From the NCBI GenBank assembly GCA_051294905.1, contig CM119372.1, positions 20,524,001 to 20,588,000 of the forward strand: 64,000 nt of DNA. The letters run 5' to 3'. The position numbers and the translations under genes are program-made. Under the pieces are notes generated by a model. That model was not told the origin of the DNA. It made no database searches and saw only the letters and a program-made list of their open reading frames with translations. Source of the DNA: Botryllus schlosseri (lineage: Eukaryota). Of this stretch, positions 62,893 to 64,000 are shown piece by piece. The number at the start of each line of letters is the position of its first letter. Within the stretch, counting starts at the first letter, position 1.

Positions 62893-64000
62893 TTGTGTTG
62901 ATGAAGTGGTGTTGAATATCAAGTATAGTAAACAGCGACGCCATTACTTATTATGTCTATCCCGAATTATTATATATGACCGATTCCAGGTAATCCCAAC
63001 GTTTGCGGTGAATGCGACTTCGATATATCGTTATTCTTATGGGTGCGGCGATGATTCGTACTTTCGTTGATAGAATGCTAGCGGCATGTCGTACTTTCAC
63101 CAAAAAGGGTGTGAAATAGTTTGCTAAATCTAGGAATCAGTCGCTTGGTAATTAGTTTACCACGGAACCGGCGTAGACGGTGATACCAACAATAGCCGCG
63201 TTCACATATTAACACTCCAAATAGGTGTGAAATAGTTTGCAAACCCTGCGTTCGCTGACAAGATAATGTCTCAGACATACGCGACTTGATGTTACAGGCA
63301 TATCGATCGCTCACGCGGTGAAATTTTCGTAAGCAGTTTGGCACAGAGCTTGATTTCACTCGTACGATTTAATAAGTAACGAATAACAGACCGCCAGTGT
63401 CGGTAACTTGAATAGCGACAAATTGTCACTTATTTCCGCTCTAACCCTAATCCTTTGTGAAGTGAACGCTTATTCAAAAGGGTGTGATATCATTTTAAAA
63501 TCCTACGACACTCACAGGGTAATGCTTCAGACAAAGCGATCCCTCATGCCCGCTCACAAGGTAATATTTCCGTAATTAGTTTGTCACAGAGTCGTCGCAG
63601 ACGGTGATTCGTAAACCAACAATTTGACACTTTCTGGTATGGTCGCTATATGTTTTTGACACTTTGTCCGTGTTTGACTTTAGTTGTATGATAAGAATCA
63701 TGCGAATATTCAAGCAATGTATCAATTGAATGAAATGAAACTTACTACACAGCTCAAGTTGATTCGTATTTGAATGTGTTGATCCGGTACAATTCTAATT
63801 AATTTGAGAAATCTTTTTAACGTGATCTTTTGATTCGACCGTAACCTGAATATTACTGACGCCGACTTTCAGTCACATTGAATTATTCACACATTCCACG
63901 CCGCTGTTTTAACAGTTATAGAATCAATACCAACTATCTCTAACCCGATAATATTCAATCATTTTGGTAATTTACCAACTTTAAATCCATTCGCGGATGT

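Noticed and set aside
63440..63452. CTAACCCTAA as telomeric repeat
   Set aside because: Fewer than two full units; not an array.

Overview
Eukaryotic (invertebrate animal-like, AT-rich, not CpG-depleted; compatible with an ascidian, but that is only inference) gene-poor window. It has one clearly supported host gene: a minus-strand, three-coding-exon SPRY + SOCS-box gene (SPSB1/4 / gustavus family, CDS 45672-44572, about 325 aa, two 61-62 nt introns). The rest is dominated by non-autonomous DNA transposons. About 20 hAT-type elements have recognisable TIRs and 8-bp target-site duplications (TSDs), several carry transposase remnants, and they form three multi-level nests. Also present: two copies of a long-TIR foldback family with CATAG termini and 7-bp TSDs (Galileo/P-like), a truncated Penelope-like retroelement with inverted ends and a degenerate hammerhead-like motif, a tRNA-derived SINE, and a near-perfect 2489-bp tandem duplication just upstream of the SPSB gene. 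The most unusual signals are (i) the Galileo-like foldback family, whose arms match within a copy better than between copies, and (ii) a dozen short arrays with the grammar NN-CA(W)TG-NN, where NN is locus-specific, which may be stacked excision footprints. All coordinates were read by eye; family assignments rest on recalled motifs, not database searches.
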